The notes under the pieces were generated by a model. The model saw nothing but the letters and a program-made list of their open reading frames with translations. It made no database searches and was not told where the DNA came from. From Vicugna vicugna (taxonomy: Eukaryota): a stretch of DNA of 64,000 nt. Positions 40,261 through 51,731 of the stretch are shown here, piece by piece. Location: NCBI GenBank assembly GCA_013265495.1, contig MU057403.1, forward strand, positions 124,001-188,000. Reading direction: 5' to 3'. Position numbers and translations under genes: made by a program. Numbering within the stretch: the stretch's first letter is position 1; the number at the start of each line of letters is the position of its first letter.

Positions 40261-40640
40261 ATGTCTGACTACGCAGCGATCCCCAATGTAGCCAAGACCT
40301 CCTGTCGCCGGGTTTGTACACCCCCCGATGGCCCCCTCCACGTTTGTCTGCGTGCGCAGCCAGTCCATAATAGTCCGTGTCTGCGGCAAGCCTTGTCGCC
40401 CAGGAGTCTGGGCATGCGCAGACGCTCGGGGTCTTCTGAGGACGCTGTGTTCATCGTCCTGGTATCATCCGGCCGTCGTCCAGCGGCAGTTAACTCTCTG
40501 TGTCCCCAGCCTGTGCTCGGCTAGTCGCCTCGCCGAGAGGCTGCGGAATACACGGCACAGGGTCCCCGGAAACAGGGCACACTCGCACTGTGGGCTTAAC
40601 CATGGCTCCTCTCCCCTGCCCGACTCACCCACGCATCACC
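40261..40640. other. CpG-dense block in TMEM236 intron 3
   Basis: About 30 CpG in 380 bp by manual count, far above the window background. Confidence 0.75.
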
Positions 40641-43600
40641 TTACTTGTTTTAACCACAGCCTTGCCTTTACCTTCTCAACCCTTTTCACTTCTGAACAAG
40701 TCGTAACAATCGTGGCTAAAAACTAGGCTGAAAACATCTAGTCACTCAACAACAGGAGGTGAGTAAGTCGTGGCTCACGAATGCTATGGAATATTATTCA
40801 ACCAATAAAAATGATGCAGTAGCTGCAATAACAAGATGAACACCCACCATATTTTAACAAGAATGATAACCCACCATACATTGCTAAGGAAGAAAAATTA
40901 AAAAGTCACAAAATAGGTTTTCTTAAGAAGGCCCATCAAGATGCCATCAGTTATAAACCTCCAATGTGTAGGATTATGGTTGATTTCCATTTTCTTCTTT
41001 TTTGTTTATGTCTATTTGATAACCTTGTGAAATAAATATGGATTATTTTGAAAAAAAAAAGAAAATATTAAACATTAAAAAAATTCAAAATGGAATGTTG
41101 GAAATGTTGTCTGATTTGGGGATGTGTTGGGCCTGGGATAGTCCTGCTCTGGCGGCTCAGTTGAATCGGATTGGACTGGATTGCATCATGCCCCAGAGCA
41201 ACGGCTGTCGCAAGACCTTGGATGAGGGAACACTTCCTCTAGGTGTTGCAGTGCCATGACTCCTAGGGAACCAATGGCTGGAGGTGTTGAGAACTGGCCG
41301 CCTGAGTTATAGCACCACCCTGGATAGATAGGTAGGTAGAGCCAGGACTCTAAATGAGGTCCTAGACTGATTTTTCAGACATTTAGCAGAAGAACTATTT
41401 TTTCAAATGAAATCGTACTGAAAATACCCTAAGCAAACAAGAATTGTGTTGTTCTGGTTGAAGTAGGAATTGGGGCGTCCAGAGATCCCAATTCAGCTCC
41501 CCTTCCTGCCCTCCCTGCAACCAGAAGTTGTTAGAGTGGTTCTTGAAGCATCTCTGGAGGTTTCCAAATTGACTGTTTGAAAAGCCAACAGTTGTTGGTC
41601 TTAAGAGGGCAACTTCTATTCCAGCAACAGGTTTGCCCACTCAGTGTGAGAAATCCAACCAAAGTTATATTTACCTCCCAAACACATACACCTGAGTTTC
41701 TTGAGACCCAACCTTCCTTCTGTGGAGCAAGTGTCTTCATCATCTTTGCCTACAAACTCCTACAAATTCCAGATATTTCCTTCAGTCTTTTCTGATCTTC
41801 AATGCCTTAGGTAAAACGAAGTTTTCCTTCACCTGTGGTCCCAGAGCACTTTAACCATGACACCCTGCTACACTGCTTTGTAACATGGTGCTTGAGCTGG
41901 GCTCACACTGTTCAAATGAATCCTGAAGGTAGGAGTGAAAACTTAACTCCCTAACCATGGACTCCCACTGTGTGTCTGTTTGCAGTCACTGGCTTACACG
42001 GGAATTAAGAAATCTCGGTGGGGGGGTCAGGACCATGGTTTGGGGTTCAGACAATATAGGGAAGGCTAACGTAAGGAGACACTAGGAGACTCTATGGGAA
42101 AAAAGCTACTTCCAAAGAAGGAGGAGTCTGGCTCTACCAGAATCAGCCACAAAATCTAGTAGTAGGAGAGGAAATGGTGGTTTCCAGTGGAGGAGAATGG
42201 CCATTAATATAAGCATTAAAGCGCAGCCAGTCTGTTAGTACACATACATCCTAGGGATAAAAGGCTTGTGTTTCCAAATGAAAATAGCTATTCCATGACT
42301 CTGTTTGGAACCTCTTCTAGAAAAAGAGAACTCGGTGGAGTGAAGTCAATATTCCAATGGTAGAGGAAAGGTAATCAGTCAAAATCACCAGCAGAGCATC
42401 AGGCAATATCCCAGAGGCAAGAGGCAGTAGTAGCAAGGGTGTGTGGAGCAGAGAGTCTAGCGAAGTGGAGGGAAAAGAGCCACCAAGTTGTCTGTACATG
42501 AGAACGATGACTGGGTGGAAAGCAGGGGCAGCAGGATGTTCAACATTCTGGACCAACAAATGAGAGCACAGGAGACCCACGTTGGGTCTGGTTGCAAAAT
42601 GTGAGAGGGAACCATATGGGAGAGGGAGAGAGATGGAAGTCCAGGCACTAACAGCTTGGTATTGAGCTAGCAGAATTCATTTGGAAACATTAAGTTGTGC
42701 TCATGTGCACCCACACACTAGTAAGAGCTGGGGACACTCAGGCTACATTTTGTATTATTATTTGTTCCCATGACTGGGGCTTGACATTATTAGGTACTAG
42801 GTACTTCGGTGAGATTGCTATGCCTCAGAGATCTATGTACCAGAAAATATCCCCAAGTGAGCCCCAGTCTACGTGAAATGACACACTTAGATGTTACGGC
42901 ATGTTAATTGCCTGATACTGAGGTATTGCAACTGGTAATAGGTTAGCAGAAAGGATGCGTTGAACTAGCGAAGACTGCTTTAAGCATGAGCATATGTCAA
43001 ATGCAGAACTTTTATTTTAAAATTTAGAAAGAGAAAAGCTACTCAAAGATCAAACTTTGGTAGCTTGGAATTAAGGTGATTAAGAAATGTTAAGAGTGTC
43101 CACAAATCCAAACATGATAGATGATCTTAGTTTCATCTAGAAAAAGGTCAAAGCTGCTACAAGTTGACAAGTATTGTATGCATCTCAAACTATCCGGACA
43201 GAGCAAAGAACAGAATATATTTTCTTTCCCAACATTTTCTACAGGGAGTCAAATTATTCTACACTTCGTTTGTCACCCACCCCTATCCTGCTGCTTTGAT
43301 TCTGAGACAGCACATGCACTGGAACCATATTTACAGCATACTTGCTTATGTTCAGATTTATGTATTGTAATTTATGTTTTTGAATTTATGTATTAATTTA
43401 TGTTCCAGAGAATAAATTTACATTCCCTGGATTCACAATTCACACAATTGATTTTATTAGTATGACTGTTAAAATGAGTATAGGAGACTATCTGAGTTCA
43501 AAGTTTGCATAAAAATCAAATAGATGTATAATTAATATTTACAAAGGTATTTTGAATGAATGCTAGCTTTTTGCTGTCTGACTTTTATTAAATGGTGGAG

Positions 43601-45034
43601 TTAGTAAACCAGACATTAACTCTCCTAAGTTTGAGCAGAAAAGAGTTTGAGAAGGAGGCTCTTTAACTAAGAAGCAGCAGTTGTACAAGATGCTCTAGGG
43701 TCTTCTACCCAAGACTGACTTCTTCCTTGGGGTTCTCTTATTTTGATTCTCTCATCATCATGACTTCTAAATACAAGGCAATCTACCTTTTTAAAATCCA
43801 ATTGATCACTTAAAGTATAAAATGCCAATAACTTATTCCCAAAAATATATGTGTGTAATTTTTTCTAGTGGAAGGAAATTTTCACTAAAAACTGAGAAAG
43901 TTCACATTAACATGGAAAATACAGGCTAATTAAAAGCAGTCCAATTTCAAAATAGTCTTGTGTTGTTAAGGAGCCTAGAGAAGTAGCGTAGGGCTTGGTA
44001 ATTCTCAAGCTTCCTCAGTTTAAGATGGATACCCTTGGCTGTGGAGGGCAGGTGTCCCTTGGGAGTAACTTTTCCCTAACAGATTTACTGGCTGCCATCT
44101 TATCATGTCAACTGTGTTATGTTCAACATAAGAGCCTATCATCCCCCACCCAAGGACAAAGTACAAAATATAAAGCTCAGGGTCACAGATTTCCTGGTGG
44201 CCTCTAACTCAGTTTTGTGTTTTAATCTGAGGAGCAAGAGTGACTGGAGGGGTTGTGATTCACGATAAATGATTCTCTGGCATTTCCCCTCCTGTCTGTA
44301 GTAGTCAGCCCTATGACTCGCTCAGTTTACCCCACCCAGCCCATCAGCAAATGATTAGACAAAACCCAGCCATTTCAAGCGCAAAGTCTTGGTCATACAA
44401 TAACCACATTACACAAATATTGTAAAGTAAACAGAGATACCATCACACAAAATTAAATGCAAGTTGAGGGGATTTATGACTGACCAGACAAAACATTAAG
44501 TGAGCAAAATAGCTTTTTTAAAAGGCCAACCTATATTTAGTTACAACTGTTCCCTTTGGAGGAATGTGGCGTATCTTGGTTTTATCAGTGTGATCTTTAG
44601 CTTTTTGACAATCCACAATTAAAAACACATAAATCTCTAGTACATATCTTCAGTAGTCATACTAATTCCTGTTAGCTAAGGTATCCAAAAATAAACTATT
44701 TATTCGTCTAAACTTAAGGTTTTAAGAGAGTTCTAAAAATACAAATTTATAAAAATTTACTTACGTAATTTTCTTGTTAAACACAAATAATTTGGTATGA
44801 AGTTTGGTAACTTTATTCATTTATCAGGACTATCAAAATGTAACAAGGAAATAAGAATAACTGTATAGCTACCAAAGTAGGTTTAAAGATAATTATATTT
44901 AGATATCTTCATTTGTAATCTTCCACCTGTAATGTTAGCTCTTAAAAAATATCATTAAACGTGTCAACAGAAAATAGAGCAGCAGAAACGTATGTCAAGC
45001 TTTTAAAAATATTTCTATTTAAAAGAATACTTAC

Positions 45035-45173
45035 TCTTTAGCTGCCCTCTAAGAGGATATGTCCTGAGTTTTTCAATAATATCAACCATGATCAAGCAAG
45101 TCAGAACCAGAGAGACTGGCAGGTCAGGTAACATATCAGGCAACACGGCAGAACCATTAACATTCTTCTGAAC
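45035..45173 (-). CDS. TMEM236: TMEM236 exon 3 (139 bp)
   Basis: Not in the ORF track. Manual translation: [46 protein letters not shown] plus 1 nt. Acceptor aaaacag, donor gtaagt. Confidence 0.92.
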
Positions 45174-45605
45174 CTGTTTTCAGAAGACCATTTAGAAGCA
45201 TTAAATTTTTGTGCTTTCTTTGTTCAAAATTCTTTGAGGTGTCTGAAAGTGGTGTTAAATTAATTATAAATACATTTACTATAAGACTAGAGGCCTGGTT
45301 TTCAGCCTTTTAGGTGTTCAGCCCCACAAGGTTTTGAATCATTTCTAAAGATGTAATAAGGATTCTTATCAATGGAAGAGCTTTCAGTTAAAGATAGAAC
45401 TTGGCAAAATGTGAAAATATAACAGTAGGTTCCTGGAATACTGGAACGGCGAACCTTTCCCAACCCTGCTGCTAAACAGAACCTTTGAGAGTCCTAGCTC
45501 AAAGAGCCAGGGGGACAAATACTAGAGTGCTGGGTCTTCCAAGAAGAGAGAGATGGGTAAACCAAGCTAGGTTTCGGATCACTTCCTTCATCTGTTTAAG
45601 GTATC

Positions 45606-47470
45606 TACAAAAAAGCCTATGGCAAACATCATGTTAATGGCAATATGTTAAGAGTTTTCCCTCTGAGATCAGGGAGAAGACAAAGGCTACATTATGACCA
45701 TTTCTGTTTGACATTGTCCTAGAGGTCTTAGCCAGTGTAATAAGGCAAGAGAAAAAAATAAGCAGTATAAGTATTGGAAGGAAATAAAAACAAAATATCA
45801 TTATGTATAGACTATATGATTGTATATGGAGACATTCTCCTCAAAATGAATAAATTACTTCTACATAGCAACAACAAAGAGAAAGTAAGTTTTTAAAAAA
45901 AATGATGCCATTTGATACATCAGTGAAAATTCCAACATTTTTTGTGGAAAATGGCAAGCTGATTCTAAAATTTATATGGAAATACAAAGGGCAAGACATT
46001 CTAGAAGAAAAAAAAAAGAAGATATAAAGGTTTTCTCTTCTGGATTAAAAAGAGCTATTATAAAGCTACAAGAATTAATACAGTGTGGTGTTGGCACAGG
46101 AATAGAAAAGTAGACAATGGAACAGAACAGAAAGCTCAGAATAGACCATGTACACACACATCTGATTTATAACAAAAGTAGCACTGCAGAGAAATGTCAC
46201 AAGGACATACTTTTTAATAAATGGTGTTTAGTTCATTAGATATTTGGAAAAAAAAAACCTTGGTTCCCTACTGAGCAACATACACAAAAATTAGTTCCAA
46301 ATGGATTATGAATCTAAAAGAGAATGACAAAACGATATAGCCTCCAAAATATAATACAGGAGATTATCTTCAGGACTTCAAGTTTCAGATTCACAATATG
46401 ACAAAATCTTCTCAAATAAGTTACCAAAAGCAATATCTATAAAGGAAAGAAATTGATACACTGGACTATTTTAAAATTAAGAACTCTTCATCAGAAAAAG
46501 ATATCATTAACAGCATGAAGTCACAGAATGAGAAGATATTTGCACTATATATAATCAACAAAGGTCTTGAAATCTGAATATACAAATAATTTTTTCAAAT
46601 CCATTTTTAAAAGATAAGCAACACATGATGGAAAAAAATGAGCAAGATGAAAAATATGCTAAATCTCATCACTTACTGGGGAAATGCAATTGAAAATGAC
46701 ATTGAAATTCAAGAATATACTCACCTGAATGTTTAAAATAAAAAGACTTACAAATTAAGTGCTGGTGAGGGTAGGGAGCAACGTGATTGCTCATTCTCTG
46801 CTAGTGGGAGGCTAAATTAGCATCATCTCTTTGGAAAATTGGCAGTGTCTGCTACAACTGAGCAGTTGAATATATCTTATGATCCATCAGTTCTACTCCT
46901 GCACATTTAACCTACTCAGATGCTTACACATGGGCACCAAGAGACACATTCAAGGATGTTCATAGCAGCATTATTTATAATAGCCAAAACTGGAAACTAA
47001 AATGGCCATCAAGAATAGAATTAATGAATAAATTGTGATATATTCATATAATGAAATACTCTACAGGGATGAAAAAAATGAACTACAGCTATACACAAAA
47101 CATGAATGACCCATACTTCTGAATACAAAGAGAGAGACACATATTAGATGGATGGATAGACAGATAGAAAGACAGACAGACAGACAGACAGATAGGTAGT
47201 AGATAATTTGATTTCCCTTTATAAAGCTTTCAAAAACAGATAAACTAATCTGTGATATTAGAAGTTAAGGTAGAAGCTACCTTTGGGGAGGAGGGAGAGT
47301 ATGGAGTATGGAGGTGGCTTTGAAAGAACTGGCAAAGTTTCATTTTTTGACCTGAGTGGTATTTCCACAGGGGTTTGCTTTATGGTATCCCATTAACATT
47401 GCATATTTATGCTGTGTGAACTTTCTGTTCATGCGTTATGCTTCAATGAAAAATTAAATAAGAAAAAAAG
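45606..47470 (+). mobile_element. Old fragmented L1M (ORF2 3' part and 3' UTR)
   Basis: atctacaaaaaagcctatggcaaacatcatg...ccctctgagatcagg..aagacaaagg; gatgttcatagcagcattatttataatagccaaaactggaaac. Confidence 0.8.
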
Positions 47471-48648
47471 GAAAGAAAAACATGTAGCTGTGGGTGGGAC
47501 ATAACGGGAAAGAACCCCAAAAAGGGGACTCAAACGACAGACTATCATCTATGAGAGTGGTGTTCCTTGAACGTTTGTAAACTGAATTTTTGAAGCTCTT
47601 GGGGACCTTCCAAGTGCTTTACAAGGTCTTTGGGGAGGAAGGAGGAGAAAATGATAAATCCAGATTAAAATACTCATGTGCTGCAGTTTGATGCAACATA
47701 CATCTGTGTGTCCTTCCGAGATTACTTTGTGCTTTCATCGACGGTCCTAATGCTGCATTTAGGACATCTTCTAATGGTCATGTAATTTCTAATGGTAGAT
47801 CACCCAGCACTCATCGCTCTCACAGCACTGTTCATACTGATTCTAACTGCCTGTTTATTTTTCTCTCTACTGTCAACAAATAATTACCGAAGGCCAGAGA
47901 CTCTGTCAAAATTTTTTGAGGGCTCTACCCTCTGTACCTAACACTGTGCTTGGGATGTAACATGCACTTAATGACTACCTACTCAACATGTAAATGAAAA
48001 TTTAATTAATTAATTAAAATGATATCTTTCACAGCACCTTGCAAATTAATAGGATTAGCAGGGCATTCAGCTTTGAACTTCTCAGGTAATAAAGTTCTCA
48101 CAGCCTGCAAGTTCTGCCTCTAATATTCCTGAACTGCCGGTGCCTATCCAACTATCCATCAGGGTCCCTTTGAAGCTGCATTTAGTTTAAACGTAAATTT
48201 AAACTTATTGTTAAATAAATATCATGTACAAATTATTTGTCAATGGACATATTACCAAAGGTCTTAGCATGAGAGTGGTTGTTCCTTTGGATACTGTTTT
48301 ATTCCATTTAGAACTGAGGACACTCATGAAAAACATCAGGTCAGAAGAAACAAATGTGGATCTACTCTCAAATTCCTTGCTTTTTTATTATTTGCAAATA
48401 ACATTCCTTTCTCACTTACCCAAACACAGCAGCAGTTTTTTTTTTTTAATTGGCTGCTAGACCTTCCTTCACAATCACAGAGGTAACAATGATCTTAGCA
48501 CTTTAAATATATATATTGCAACATGGAAGAAGACGAGAGAAAATAAACTTTAAGAAACTTGTTGGGCACACCTCTCTAAAAAGTTTTAATAACAAAGGAC
48601 ATTGTAAAATCTCAAAATCTTGCAGCAGAAGAAATTAAAATTCCATAC

Positions 48649-48721
48649 CTCAGTCACTGCTATGGAAAAGCTGAAGCTGGGAAGTGTGGTGAGTACTACA
48701 CACATCACCATAACAGGTCTC
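48649..48721 (-). CDS. TMEM236: TMEM236 exon 2 (73 bp)
   Basis: (W)RPVMVMCVVLTTLPSFSFSIAVTE. Acceptor ctcctttgctag, donor gtatgg; phase 2 in, phase 0 out. Confidence 0.92.
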
Positions 48722-49754
48722 CTAGCAAAGGAGAAAAAATAAGCAAAAGCAGTAATGTACAAGATCAACAGTTCCTGTTAACATGTTGCCAATTTTGCAG
48801 TTCCTGTTTCATTCATCTATAGTTTTTCTAAGAAGCGACTGCTTCCCCATTTCCATTTCCCAAATGTTTGAGTGTGGCAAAGGGGAACACACACACACAA
48901 ACCAGGATGCTTTTCTAGAAAAAAAGGTGTGAGAGATTTCTAGTCAATGAGCAAACTGCTGACTGCTAAGAGCATCACAGTGCAGGAAAAATGACACAAT
49001 AATTCCATAATTCATTCACCAGAATCCTGCCCAAGAATTCAGGCTCTGGTGACAAACTGCAAAAAACGAACAGCATGACTTTCTCAAGTGACACCAGACC
49101 CTAAGTTGTAAAATTGATTTCTCAAAAAATACACTCAGAGACGACACAGTATTGGGTACTTAAAGTTGACTTAAAGTGAAAACACCTGGATTGTTTTTTA
49201 CTTGAACCAATGTTTTTAAAAAATCAAATATACAAAAAGATCATATAACTTTTCAAAATGTTTTTTGGACCACTTCTTAAGCCTTGCATGATCAAGGAAT
49301 CAAATAGTTATTGCAATATAATATGCAACATTCTAAGTAATATTCTATTTCATGAGAGAATTAAAATGTGTATTTAGTATCATTAATGTATGCAAAGATA
49401 AAATGTACTCAGTTTTTCTATAATGAATTATTTACCTCCTCTTTCCTTAAATACATATTAAACTAATTACATTTATAGGATTGTATGTGTTTAAGTACAA
49501 AAAGTGTTGGAGTCTTTCAAATGTGACTTAGAATTTCTTCTTGTTCCAGCCACGTCTCCCTCCATCCCAGCCCCATCTTAGATGTTCCAGGGATAGATAC
49601 TAGATGGGGGTGGGATAGCCACTCTGTCATAGCCAGACCCAGTACGACCTGCTAAGACCAGAGGTATGATGAAATTTTAAATGGGATTGAGGTTCCCACA
49701 GCGCTCAGCTCTCTGAGACTGGCTAGGGTATTCATAGCGTCCTCTTCCCACTTG

Positions 49755-50170
49755 ATCTCTAAAAGATGAGTGCCCGCAGGGGTTATTCCTGCACTTCTTC
49801 TTTGTATTATCTCCCTCAATTATCTCAGCCACTCCCATGGCTTTAAATACCAACCACTTGCCCATGACTCCCAAATATAATATATGCATACTAGCTTCCA
49901 TCTTGAGCTCTGGACATGTACACCCAACTGTCTACATGGCACCTCCACTTGGGTGTCTAATTGGCACTCAGACTTAACATGCCTGGCAAAGAACCCACGT
50001 TCTTCTCCATACCTGTTCCAATCATCCTGAAATCTTGTCTGATTGACTGCCAACATACATTTCAAATTATCCTCTGGTAACACCCTGGTTCATTCACAAG
50101 CATCTCTCATCTGCAGTATTTCGTAACCGGTTTCCTGTTAGTGCCTCTTCTTGCCTAGTGATATTTTCTC
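49755..50170 (-). mobile_element. L2 fragment
   Basis: tcccatggctttaaataccaacc...tgactcccaaat...acccaactgtctacatggcacctccacttgggtgtctaat is typical antisense L2. Confidence 0.7.
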
Positions 50171-50184
50171 CCTAAAGTGAAATG

Positions 50185-50633
50185 CTGGGAGGACTGGAGT
50201 AGGGGAGTTATTGTTCAATGCGTACAGACTCTCAGGTTTGCACGATGAAGAGGGTTCTGTGGGTGGATGGTGGCGATGGTACCACACCCATGTGAATGTA
50301 CAAAAGGCCAATGCTCTGTGCACTTAAAAATGGATAAGACAGCAAATTCTACGTATATTTTACCACAAAATACATTATGTGTGTATTTTAGAGATTTTAA
50401 AAAATCTTCAATGATAGGTAAACAAGTTTATACTGTATAGCACAGGAACTGTATTCAATATCTTGCAGTAACTTATGGTGAAAGAGAATATGAAACGAAT
50501 ATTTGTATGTTCCTGTATGACAGAAGCATTGTGCTGTACAACAGAAATTGACACAACATTGTAAATCGTCTATACTTCAACAAAAATATATATTTAAAAA
50601 AATAAAATAAATCAACTACTTGAACACACACAC
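50185..50633 (+). mobile_element. Old L1M 3' end (50185-50370) followed by a younger L1 3' end (50414-50633)
   Basis: The younger copy is flanked by aaaatcttcaatg (50401) and aaaatctccaatg (50634). Confidence 0.75.
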
Positions 50634-51081
50634 AAAATCTCCAATGGATGAGTCATGTAATTAGAATAAAATTGAAACCTATGGCCATCACCTACATGTT
50701 CTAAATGATGTGGTTTTTCTTATTTCTCCTACTCTCTTCACTTTCTTCTGCCTCTTCCCTGACGCCTACTTAGCCCCAGCCATGCGACCCTCTGGTTATT
50801 CAGGGACCACACCAAGCTCGCCCCACCTTCAAGTCTTACACTGGTTATTCCTCTTTGCCCGGGAGTCTCTACTCCTAGAATTTCCATGTCTGGCTCCCTT
50901 TGTCATATATGTGTATATATACATATGGGTGGTTTTTTGCAGCCTTATGACTACCTGAAATTCTGCCGATTATTTCTTTTCTTATTTATTTGTTTGTCAC
51001 ACTCTTTGCCTATAACCAAGATAAGTCCCAAGGAGCAGGCACCTTATCTGAGTTGTTTACTACTTTATCTCTAGCGTTTAC

Positions 51082-51546
51082 AACAGTGTTTCCAACCTTT
51101 TTTGTACAGTAAACTTCCTGAGAATCTGGTAAATCCTATGAACGCCTCTCAGAATACAATTTTTTAAATGCATAATAGACACAGACTTACAAAACAAAGC
51201 AATATTATGTTGAAATACAGTTATCCATGTCCTTGTAACATTTTGATATGGTAATATATACACCTATCTAAGAACACATTGTTTTCTTATTTTCTTTGGA
51301 GTACTCAAGATCGAGTGGAAACTTTAGTCGCTCATAATTTCAAGATAGTGAAGATCACAAACCATATTCTGAAGTATCTGCAACAGTTGTAATGTGATAT
51401 GAAAAAAATCTACGTAATAAAGTTACAGATCCTGCTCTACAACTGTGGTTTTTAGCAACGTTCATAACAGAAAGAAATGCTACTTTCAATTAGAGGTTAG
51501 TGAAAATAGAGATGTAACTTGTTTCTCATCCAAGTTCAAGAACCTC
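51082..51546. mobile_element. MER119-like hAT-Charlie DNA transposon
   Basis: aatctggtaaatcctatgaac..ctctcagaatacaatttttaaatgcataa...gaaatacagttatc resembles the consensus as recalled. Confidence 0.55.
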
Positions 51547-51731
51547 ATAATGCTGGAGAATGCCAACACACAGCACACATAGCAAGAATTCAATAAATAC
51601 TAAATGAATGAGTGGAATAGTTAATAAGTGAACGCCAATCCAAATCTATGTTTTATTTAGTCAGAAATACTGCTAATCTGTATTTGAAAATCTTGATTTA
51701 CGGCTAACACATGTTCATAACTTGTTAAGAG

